Under the pieces are notes generated by a model that made no database searches, was not told the DNA's origin, and saw nothing but the letters and a program-made list of their open reading frames with translations. Shown here one piece after another: positions 51,062-58,867 of a DNA stretch of 64,000 nucleotides (its first letter is position 1; the number at the start of each line of letters is the position of its first letter). Location: IMG/VR virus record IMGVR_UViG_3300021399_000111, positions 32,001-96,000 of that record; one strand, given 5' to 3'. This stretch comes from a virus (Duplodnaviria > Caudoviricetes). The position numbers were made by a program, and so were the translations under genes.

Positions 51062-52297
51062 TTACATTTGTTCTGCAATTTGGGCTATTTGACTACGATA
51101 AATATTTTGTAATTCAATTTCTCCATAAAAAGGTTGTCCTTTAAATACTTCTGATACCCTTCTCATTCCATTACTTGAGCCAGCATAAGAACTCATATCT
51201 ACTTGATGAGCATAATCACCATCAATAATACAAATACTATCTTCTCCGATTCTTTGTAAAGCTAATCTCATTAATTCAATATCAAGATTTTGAGCTTCAG
51301 AAATATACACTGCGGCATTCATATTTGTAGTATCATATCCGCGGATATCAGACATAGGTAATAAAATTAATTGACCATCATCAATTAATCTTTCTACAGC
51401 AATTCTATCACCTAATTTACTTTCCAATAAATTACCAATTTGTGAATCTAAAAGTTTTTCTGTTCTAGATCCTGGATAAAATCCTAATCTTGCTGATCCT
51501 TTAGTTGCAACTGTGTTACAAAAAATAACTATCTTATCAATTTTGCCACGTTCGAGTAGAGAAAACATATATCCAAAAGCTAAATATGTTTTTCCAGTTC
51601 CCGCCCTTCCGCGCAGCATAGTAATTTGATTATTATTTAAACTATCTAAAGCGCATTGCTGGAATACATCACCATGTTTAGGAGCTATTTTTCCAAACAT
51701 TTTAGATTCTGCTTTTTGAAATTGAACTGCTTCATAATGTTCGTTTTTCCATTTATATTTATCAATTAATTCACCATTGCACTTAATAATAATATATTGA
51801 TTTTCTAATAAATTATAGCTATTTTTATTATCCACATAATGAGTATAAAAATCAGCTAATCCTGTTTCATCTAATTCTAGGATTTTAAATCCTGTATATT
51901 CATTTGTTTCTTGCTGTCCTAATAGAGTGGCATCTAATCCAACTATATCTTTTGCAATTTTATAACATAATAAATCTTGAGTAATAAATTCTACATCTTT
52001 ATTAAGTGCGGAAATAATTATTTTATTATCCGCATTTAAAGGTAAAGAATAAGAAGATAAAAGTGGATCTAAATCTGTTGTGTAAGGGATTACTTCATAT
52101 TTATTTTGGTTGTTGGCTAAGAGACGAATTATAGTACGAGCATTATACTTTATTTCTTCATCTCTTGTACTTGAAGTTTTAATATTTTCTAATTCATTTA
52201 TTGTAATTCCAGATATATAAAATTTTTCTTCTTCATTAAAAGCTTTTTCTTGTAAAGCAAGCAAACTACAAGTGTCATAAAATTTAATTTTACTCAC
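51062..52297 (-). CDS. phoH: PhoH-family ATPase with N-terminal PIN domain
   Basis: YDT...ELE...ADNKII...TQD PIN motif; GRAGTGKT, LGFYPG, IRG, EAQN and GDYAHQ motifs. Confidence 0.9.
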   Translation of the reverse strand: MSKIKFYDTCSLLALQEKAFNEEEKFYISGITINELENIKTSSTRDEEIKYNARTIIRLLANNQNKYEVIPYTTDLDPLLSSYSLPLNADNKIIISALNKDVEFITQDLLCYKIAKDIVGLDATLLGQQETNEYTGFKILELDETGLADFYTHYVDNKNSYNLLENQYIIIKCNGELIDKYKWKNEHYEAVQFQKAESKMFGKIAPKHGDVFQQCALDSLNNNQITMLRGRAGTGKTYLAFGYMFSLLERGKIDKIVIFCNTVATKGSARLGFYPGSRTEKLLDSQIGNLLESKLGDRIAVERLIDDGQLILLPMSDIRGYDTTNMNAAVYISEAQNLDIELMRLALQRIGEDSICIIDGDYAHQVDMSSYAGSSNGMRRVSEVFKGQPFYGEIELQNIYRSQIAQIAEQM

Positions 52298-52362
52298 ACT
52301 AAAGTCATCCTTTCTTTAAGTAATAATTTTTACAATATTACTTAATTTTTTAAATAAGATAA

Positions 52363-52776
52363 TTAACCTTTTTTGTCATTTAGTTTCTTGAGTATCTTAT
52401 CTTTTGCGGAAATGCTTGCTTTTAATTGAAGTTCTATCATAGTAATTTCAGCAGCTAATTTATTAACTTCTTTAATGCGTCTATTTAATTGTCTAAACAT
52501 TGCTTTAGCACTAGGATCTTCAGGATTAAAATTTTTATATTGCTGTACTGCAACAACAAATTTTCTACATTCTTCACATTTTTCCTTTTTTAATTTATGC
52601 TCATATTTTAATGCAGAAATTTGTGCTCTGGTTTCTGCGATGCGGCAACCAGTTAATTCAGACCATGCATCATCTGGATGGCACCAAGCTAATCCAACAA
52701 ATTTTTTTCCTTTATGGCTTACAGTAACCGCAGATTTTTTTAACCCAGGCTCTGTATGACTGTATACAAATTTCAT
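52363..52776 (-). CDS. Hypothetical phage protein
   Basis: GLAWCHPDD...G..IAE.RA motif; own promoter at 52807-52835. Confidence 0.6.
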   Translation of the reverse strand: MKFVYSHTEPGLKKSAVTVSHKGKKFVGLAWCHPDDAWSELTGCRIAETRAQISALKYEHKLKKEKCEECRKFVVAVQQYKNFNPEDPSAKAMFRQLNRRIKEVNKLAAEITMIELQLKASISAKDKILKKLNDKKG

Positions 52777-52926
52777 AAAATTACCTACCTTTACATTTTT
52801 TCTTTTATTATATCATAATTTTTTAAAAAAGACAATTTTATGCGGAAAATATCTAGCGTATGTGCGAAAATTCGTCCCCGTTATCCTAATTAAAAACCCT
52901 GGCATATGTAAGCCAGGGTTTTTTAA

Positions 52927-53172
52927 TTAATCATTATTTATTTTGAATTGATAAAAAAAGCTTCCAATCCAAGAAAGTGTTCCTGCAAGTAATGGAATCT
53001 GATTAAGGGCTATCGAGATATGAACTAAACTCAATCCTTCAATAAGCACTTTACCTATTGTAATTTTAGCAATCCAGCCTACAAAATAACCAAACCAGAA
53101 GAAAAGAAATGGCTCAATTAAAAAGAATATAATGAAAAATATTAATACTTTATATAAATTATCTCTTTTCAT
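52927..53172 (-). CDS. Small membrane protein
   Basis: Two to three hydrophobic segments. Confidence 0.6.
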   Translation of the reverse strand: MKRDNLYKVLIFFIIFFLIEPFLFFWFGYFVGWIAKITIGKVLIEGLSLVHISIALNQIPLLAGTLSWIGSFFYQFKINND

Positions 53173-53716
53173 TTATTTTATTTTTTATCCTTTCAATAAT
53201 ATCATCAAGAGACCATGGAGTACAATTATTAGTATCCATTTCACAATGAAAAATAAGTCCTTTATCCCAATCAGCAAATGGATCTTGTGTATGACTATGT
53301 CCACAAAGACTAATCATTTTTGCGGAAAGTGGTTTATCATCATCAAAATTGGAAGTAATACAAGGATAATGTGAAAGATAAAAATGATATTTACCATATT
53401 GAAGAAATTTACCTTCACAAATTTCAACAACATTCCAACAATGATTATAGAGTTTCATTCTATTATCACCATCATGGTTTCCGCGGATAATATGAATATT
53501 GCCTTTAAGCTGCTTAATACAATATAGTCCTTCTATATCATCATTAAGCATCATATCTCCAAGACAATAAATATCATCATCTGGATTTACAATATTATTC
53601 CAATTATGTATAATAGCATTATTCATTTCATATACAGAATCAAATCCGCGTGGGCGCCAAAGGAACTCGCGAGCATGACAAAAATGTGGATCACTAGACA
53701 TAAAAATTCTACCCAT
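53159..53716 (-). CDS. Calcineurin-like metallophosphoesterase
   Basis: SDPHF, LGD, GNHD, SHYP and GHSH motifs. Confidence 0.9.
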   Translation of the reverse strand: MGRIFMSSDPHFCHAREFLWRPRGFDSVYEMNNAIIHNWNNIVNPDDDIYCLGDMMLNDDIEGLYCIKQLKGNIHIIRGNHDGDNRMKLYNHCWNVVEICEGKFLQYGKYHFYLSHYPCITSNFDDDKPLSAKMISLCGHSHTQDPFADWDKGLIFHCEMDTNNCTPWSLDDIIERIKNKINEKR

Positions 53717-54245
53717 TTGAAGTCTCCTTATTATTTACTTTGAATAAATGCTTTCTTTCTTGATCTGTATCGTCTATAATGTGAATAATATCAAAACCCT
53801 CTTCGAAAGTTGGCATAGTGATTTGTGTTGCCATTCTTCGGATTACCTGCTCAGGAACATAAAATCGAGTGTTAATACGATTTTCATTTCTGTGAAGAGC
53901 CCTCCATACAGGAACTTTAAAAAATACAATTTCAACACAACAATCTTTTAAAGACATTCCTAATGCACGAAGAAGTTTTGTACGGGATGCTTCATTAATA
54001 TGAGTGGCATCCGCAATAACAGTTTGTCCATTATCAAGAGCTTTTTTAATTTCAGATACAAAAATATCATAAACTTGTTTTTCTTTATGAAAATAATCTT
54101 CTCCATCTTCGAGTAAAGAAAATCGAATTTGATCACGAGAAACTAACTTATCAATATTTGCTGTTGGATGCTCATAAAGCTCATTTGCATAAGTAGATTT
54201 GCCCGAGCCGGGGATTCCACTCATCATAATCAATCTTTTGCTCAT
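53709..54245 (-). CDS. AAA_33 / polynucleotide-kinase-like P-loop kinase
   Basis: GIPGSGKST, SRDQIR, ADATH and RN..R..VP motifs. Confidence 0.85.
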   Translation of the reverse strand: MSKRLIMMSGIPGSGKSTYANELYEHPTANIDKLVSRDQIRFSLLEDGEDYFHKEKQVYDIFVSEIKKALDNGQTVIADATHINEASRTKLLRALGMSLKDCCVEIVFFKVPVWRALHRNENRINTRFYVPEQVIRRMATQITMPTFEEGFDIIHIIDDTDQERKHLFKVNNKETSNG

Positions 54246-54533
54246 TTAAATAACACCTTCTTTCTTCATTTTGTCTTTAAAGATACCATAAGGAAGGATT
54301 CTGTTTTGTTGTTCATCAAAATTATGGTGTTCAAATTCAAATAGAAAATCATCATGGCTATATTTAGAACCAGGAATGCATTCGACATGATTAATTGTGT
54401 CATTGCAAGTTAAACACCAAAGTCGTTTAAGGTGCCCCGGTGCTCGTTCTTTTCCCTTAACTCTAACTATTGGCAAACCGCGGCTGCCGCATTTACAACA
54501 ATAAAATTCATGATCAAGTATTAATGTTCCCAT
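54246..54533 (-). CDS. Zn-ribbon protein, L33-like pattern
   Basis: CxxC-x21-CxxC-x4-HxE spacing. Confidence 0.55.
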   Translation of the reverse strand: MGTLILDHEFYCCKCGSRGLPIVRVKGKERAPGHLKRLWCLTCNDTINHVECIPGSKYSHDDFLFEFEHHNFDEQQNRILPYGIFKDKMKKEGVI

Positions 54534-54611
54534 AAAATATCACTCCTTTATTTGATTTTCTATATATATTATAATATATTTTTTATAGAAAATCAAATAA
54601 AGAAAATTTAA

Positions 54612-54836
54612 TTAAACAAATTGATTTAAAAAAGTATCAAATTCTATTGCATCACTAGGATATTCAACAGTAACACCTTGAGAAACATCAATGGACATAA
54701 TTCCCATTAAACTTTTTCCATCAATTACATATTTACCTCTTTTAAGAGTTACATCTCCTTCTACTCTTGTTGCTTCTTGGATAAAATTAGTTACATCAGC
54801 GAGTCCATAAATTTTAATATATTTAGTTGCTATCAT
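54612..54836 (-). CDS. HPr-family protein lacking His15
   Basis: IDGKSLMGIMSI (Ser46 motif); no histidine in the protein. Confidence 0.8.
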   Translation of the reverse strand: MIATKYIKIYGLADVTNFIQEATRVEGDVTLKRGKYVIDGKSLMGIMSIDVSQGVTVEYPSDAIEFDTFLNQFV

Positions 54837-54905
54837 AATATACCTCCTTTTTATACAACAACTAGAGCGAGTTTTTCTCGCTCTAGTTTATTAATTTTAT
54901 TTAAA

Positions 54906-56090
54906 TTACTGGTGGTAACGAACTAGAAACTCATTAGATACTGCCTTGAAACTTCTAGTCCCATCTGGAGATCTAAATACGAGCCCTTCTCTCATACCTT
55001 CATCAATAACAGAAGTGCCAGTTGCAATTTTGAGTAACTCGTCAACAGTATCGGGAAGAATAAAATGCTCATTGACGATAGGAACCCAATGGATGCCATA
55101 TCTTTCAAGGAACTCTTTTGCTTCAATAGAATTCCATCTTCCATCCTGTGAAGTAATGAAATTAAAAGCACGGAAATCATGGTCAGCCATTCCATAGTAT
55201 CTTCTCTGAATGCCCGCGCCGAAAGTTTCTCCCTGGATAGTTACCCATTTAAGAGATTTATTGTTTTTAAGAATATCCTTAAGTACATTCTCAATATTGT
55301 ACTTTTTAGCCATTTCAAGATAAACATTAGTATCATAGAAACAAGCTTTGTCAGGAGTATCAAAAACTACATTTCGAGAGCAAACATAGAAATCATACTT
55401 TCCAAACTTATCTCTTTTCATAGTGAAAGTAGTGCTTGTACCATCTATCTTCTCAGTTGCAATCCACTCAGACTTATCTTCAAGAATCCAAGTCATGTTC
55501 TGGACTCTCTCTTCGTCAGTCTTTACAACCCAAGCAGGCCAGTTTCGTACATCTCTCTTCTTACCAAAAAGAAGAATAAATACTCTCCGCAGAAACTTAT
55601 TTCTCTTAATTACTTTACCCCATTTTCTTGCAATCTTAGGATGACGAGCAAGAGCTGCATTAATTCTAGCATCAGGGTTAGATTTAGCCTTTCTCTTATT
55701 ATCCTCTGGCTCAGCATAGGTTACGCCAAGCTTTTCAGTAAGGAAGTCTCCTTCTACAAGAGAAGTAGCATCCCAACCAAAGTCCTTTGCGCTCATAAGA
55801 AGACCCTGAGAATAAAAACCAGGATTTTTTCCACCAAAAGTATACTTTTGAGTTTTTACATTACCATGTTTCTTTTCAAGAAATGCAAACTCAGGCTTAG
55901 TAGTGTCTACATGAGAGTCGATTTCAAAATAAATTGCAAGATCTCCAGCATTGAAAGTCCCTTTTCTAACCATGACCTTCCAACCGCCAACTACAGCAGC
56001 TTCGCAGTTGTCAGAACCAACAATAGGCTCAATAGCATCAATTTTTACTACATAAGCGAGTTCTCTTACATTAGTATTAGGATTAAGCAT
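54906..56090 (-). CDS. ATP-dependent RNA ligase (Rnl2/DRB0094 type with N-terminal OB fold)
   Basis: YFEIDS, SQGL, EKIDGTS (motif I), QGE, EGLV and FKAVS motifs. Confidence 0.9.
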   Translation of the reverse strand: MLNPNTNVRELAYVVKIDAIEPIVGSDNCEAAVVGGWKVMVRKGTFNAGDLAIYFEIDSHVDTTKPEFAFLEKKHGNVKTQKYTFGGKNPGFYSQGLLMSAKDFGWDATSLVEGDFLTEKLGVTYAEPEDNKRKAKSNPDARINAALARHPKIARKWGKVIKRNKFLRRVFILLFGKKRDVRNWPAWVVKTDEERVQNMTWILEDKSEWIATEKIDGTSTTFTMKRDKFGKYDFYVCSRNVVFDTPDKACFYDTNVYLEMAKKYNIENVLKDILKNNKSLKWVTIQGETFGAGIQRRYYGMADHDFRAFNFITSQDGRWNSIEAKEFLERYGIHWVPIVNEHFILPDTVDELLKIATGTSVIDEGMREGLVFRSPDGTRSFKAVSNEFLVRYHQ

Positions 56091-56165
56091 TTTTTACACC
56101 TCTTTTCTTTTCTCTTTCATTTTCTATAAATATTATAACAAATATTTTAATAAAAATCAAATAAA

Positions 56166-56211
56166 ATGCGGCGGTCCAGTCTTTGAGATCTCTTAAGCTA
56201 GCCCGCCGCAT
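56166..56211. repeat. GC-rich REP-like hairpin, copy D
   Basis: ATGCGGCGGTCCAGTCTTTGAGATCTCTTAAGCTAGCCCGCCGCAT; near-copy of 18844-18884. Confidence 0.65.
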
Positions 56212-56213
56212 AA

Positions 56214-56489
56214 TTATTTCACAGGAACAATATTATCTGAATCTGAAGGAATAATATCTTCACCAATTTGTCCATTGGGACCGAATTCCTTAATTCTTAC
56301 AATAGTGTTCTTTCGCAATCCGCCAAAGGTATTGATAAAAACTCCTAATGCAGCTTTAGCATCTACTGCAGTTACACCACGCGCTTTTGATAATCTAATT
56401 GTTGTTTTAGTATGAACAGGATCTCCATATTTTGCTTCTTTTGTTGGATACCATTCAAATTCATAACTTCTAAAAATTTGATTAGCCAT
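56214..56489 (-). CDS. Hypothetical protein
   Basis: Start MANQI follows GGAGG. Confidence 0.6.
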   Translation of the reverse strand: MANQIFRSYEFEWYPTKEAKYGDPVHTKTTIRLSKARGVTAVDAKAALGVFINTFGGLRKNTIVRIKEFGPNGQIGEDIIPSDSDNIVPVK

Positions 56490-56511
56490 TATTAATATCT
56501 TCCTCCATTGA

Positions 56512-57285
56512 TTAATCAAAATATATTTCTTCAAAAGTGTCTAAGTCAAGAAGAGCGATACGATTAGATACAGCGGTACACATGTCTATACAAAACTTAT
56601 GTCCATCACAGTAACGAATAATTGTAGGTTTAGGATATGATGTATCATCTCCATATAACCAATTATGCGCTTTTTTTATATCTTCTTTTGTTTTAGGCGG
56701 TTGACCTTTATATCCGAATTCATATTCCAGAAATTGAACTGGAGTATGCCCATGAACTAAATAAATAGTATTAGGGTCTTCTTTTGTGAAAAAATCATCC
56801 TCTACCCAATTATCATAGAAATGACTTCTATCCCAAAGGGGGTCATGGGGACGGTGTGAAGCTATTAAAGAATGCCCGGCGTGTTCCAAAATTACAGTAT
56901 GAGATCCTTTAACAGAATAATATACTAATTGTTTAGGTAATTTAGAAATAATATTAATATAATGATCTTGAATAAATCTAGGGAATTTAAGTAATTGATT
57001 TACTGTTAAATTCTCACTATCATCAAAAATTTCCCAGCGGTTAGGCTTGCGTCTATGGTTTATTTCTTCCACCATCATATCTTCGTGATTACCACAAAGA
57101 AAGTGTACTCTAGGATCATCTATTAATACATTAAATAATTCTAAGCCATGCGGGCCTCGATCAACTGCATCACCAATAAAATAAAGTGTATCATCAGGCT
57201 GCAACCAATTTAAAACTTTTTTGCCTAATTCAAGTTGAGCATGCCAATCTGAACTTGCAAAAACTCTTCCCATAAAAAACACCAC
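56512..57285 (-). CDS. Metallophosphoesterase (phage Ser/Thr phosphatase-like)
   Basis: SDWH, GDAVDRG, GNHE, HAG and VHGHTP motifs. Confidence 0.9.
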   Translation of the reverse strand: MVFFMGRVFASSDWHAQLELGKKVLNWLQPDDTLYFIGDAVDRGPHGLELFNVLIDDPRVHFLCGNHEDMMVEEINHRRKPNRWEIFDDSENLTVNQLLKFPRFIQDHYINIISKLPKQLVYYSVKGSHTVILEHAGHSLIASHRPHDPLWDRSHFYDNWVEDDFFTKEDPNTIYLVHGHTPVQFLEYEFGYKGQPPKTKEDIKKAHNWLYGDDTSYPKPTIIRYCDGHKFCIDMCTAVSNRIALLDLDTFEEIYFD

Positions 57286-57335
57286 TTCCTTTCTTTTATA
57301 ATTAATTATATCATAATTTTTTTAAGATTTCAAAT

Positions 57336-57364
57336 TTGCGTTTTTTAAAAAATTATGATATAAT
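57336..57364 (+). promoter_or_regulatory. Sigma-A type promoter for fliD, divergent from promoter 57305-57333
   Basis: TTGCGT-17 bp-TATAAT with TG extension. Confidence 0.65.
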
Positions 57365-57413
57365 AAAATTAGACAGAAATGTATAATTTTTTTAGAGAGA
57401 AAATTATATATTA

Positions 57414-57454
57414 TGAGAAGAAGGATTTTCTCAATATTTTACAAGGAGGTAAAA
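57414..57454 (+). promoter_or_regulatory. Tandem CsrA-type GGA hairpins in fliD leader
   Basis: TGAGAAGAAGGATTTTCTCA and TTTTACAAGGAGGTAAAA (overlapping the SD), both with AAGGA at the hairpin apex. Confidence 0.65.
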
Positions 57455-57458
57455 AAGT

Positions 57459-58832
57459 ATGGGTATGAAATTAACAGGACTTGTTTCTGGAATGGATACT
57501 GATGCAGTTATTAAACAAATGACATTAGCATACACAGCAAAAAAAGATAAAGTCTGGAAAGCTAAAGAAACTTTAACTTATAAACAAGATGCTTGGAAAA
57601 ATCTTAATAAAGAAGTTTATGATATGTTTACAAAACTTTCTAAACTAAGATTAACTTCTACTTATCAAAGAAGTGAAGCCTCTTCATCAAATGAAAATAT
57701 TGTAACGGTTGCGGGAGATAAAATTCAAGGGCAGCATGATGTAACAGTGAAACAAATTGCTACTCAAACTTATCTTACTGGAAATATTGTTAATCAAAGT
57801 CAACCTATTAATGTTTCTGGTAATTTGACTGTTACAATAGGCGGGAAAGAAAAAGAATTAAATATTACTCCAGATATGTCAATGGAACAAGTTGCTAGAA
57901 AATTAACCGAAGCGGGAATTATTGCTAATTTTGATGAAAATAATGCAAGATTATTTTTAGCGTCAAAAACAACAGGAGCAAGTAGTGATTTTAATATAAG
58001 CGGAGATGCAAGCTTACTAGATGCCATAGGGCTAGGGTCTTCCGCAATAAAACAAGTTGGTAAAGATTCTATTATTAATGTAAATGGAGTGGATTTTGTA
58101 TCTTCTTCAAATAAATTTAATATTAATAATATGACAATTACCGCAAAATCATTAGGTTCTGCTACTGTTGGAATGAAAACAGATGAACATATTTTTGATA
58201 CTGTTAAATCTTTTATTAAAGATTATAATGCTTTAATTAAAAAAATTGATAGTTCTTATAATAACACTGCCGCAAAGGGATTATCTCCATTAACCGATGA
58301 AGAAAAAGATGCTTTAACAGATAAACAAATTGAAGAATGGGAAAGTAAATTAAAAGAGAGTGCTTTAAGCAAAGATGAAACTTTATCCTCTTTAAGTTCT
58401 TTGTTAAAAACTACAATGAGTTCTATTTCTGTTGATGGAATTAATTTAACTTCTATGGGTATTACTCTTGGAGGATATTTCACAACAGAGAAAGATGAAA
58501 GAGGCGTTTATAATATTGATGAAGATAAACTCCAAAAAATAATTGCAGAGAACCCTGATAAAGTAATAAATTTTGTTACTAAACTTGCGGGAACCTTATA
58601 TGATAAATTAAATACAAAGATGAAATCATCTTCTTTAAATAGCATTTATAGTATCTATAATGATAAGCAAATTAAAAATAATCTTGCAAATTATGATAAG
58701 AAAATTGCTGAATGGGAAGATAAGATTGTAAAAATGGAAGATAAGTGGTATAAGCAATTTGCAAGAATGGAAAGCGTATTAAGTAAAACGCAGAGCCAAG
58801 CAAATTATTTATCAAATTTCTTTGGAATATAA
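57459..58832 (+). CDS. fliD: Flagellar filament cap protein
   Basis: N-terminal LTGLVSGMDTDAVIKQM, VKQIAT, SNKFNINNMTI, FIKDYNALI, LTDEEK; C-terminal WYKQFARMESVLSKTQSQANYL. Confidence 0.93.
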   Translation: MGMKLTGLVSGMDTDAVIKQMTLAYTAKKDKVWKAKETLTYKQDAWKNLNKEVYDMFTKLSKLRLTSTYQRSEASSSNENIVTVAGDKIQGQHDVTVKQIATQTYLTGNIVNQSQPINVSGNLTVTIGGKEKELNITPDMSMEQVARKLTEAGIIANFDENNARLFLASKTTGASSDFNISGDASLLDAIGLGSSAIKQVGKDSIINVNGVDFVSSSNKFNINNMTITAKSLGSATVGMKTDEHIFDTVKSFIKDYNALIKKIDSSYNNTAAKGLSPLTDEEKDALTDKQIEEWESKLKESALSKDETLSSLSSLLKTTMSSISVDGINLTSMGITLGGYFTTEKDERGVYNIDEDKLQKIIAENPDKVINFVTKLAGTLYDKLNTKMKSSSLNSIYSIYNDKQIKNNLANYDKKIAEWEDKIVKMEDKWYKQFARMESVLSKTQSQANYLSNFFGI

Positions 58833-58867
58833 AAAAGGAGAAGGTTTTAAACCTTCCCCAATTTTTT
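58833..58867. terminator. Bidirectional terminator between fliD and the DUF2828 gene
   Basis: GGAGAAGGTT/AACCTTCCCC stem flanked by A- and T-runs. Confidence 0.75.

Noticed and set aside
55179-56129. 316-aa + strand ORF
   Set aside because: Antisense shadow of the RNA ligase; no recognisable motifs or SD; explained by codon bias on the coding strand.
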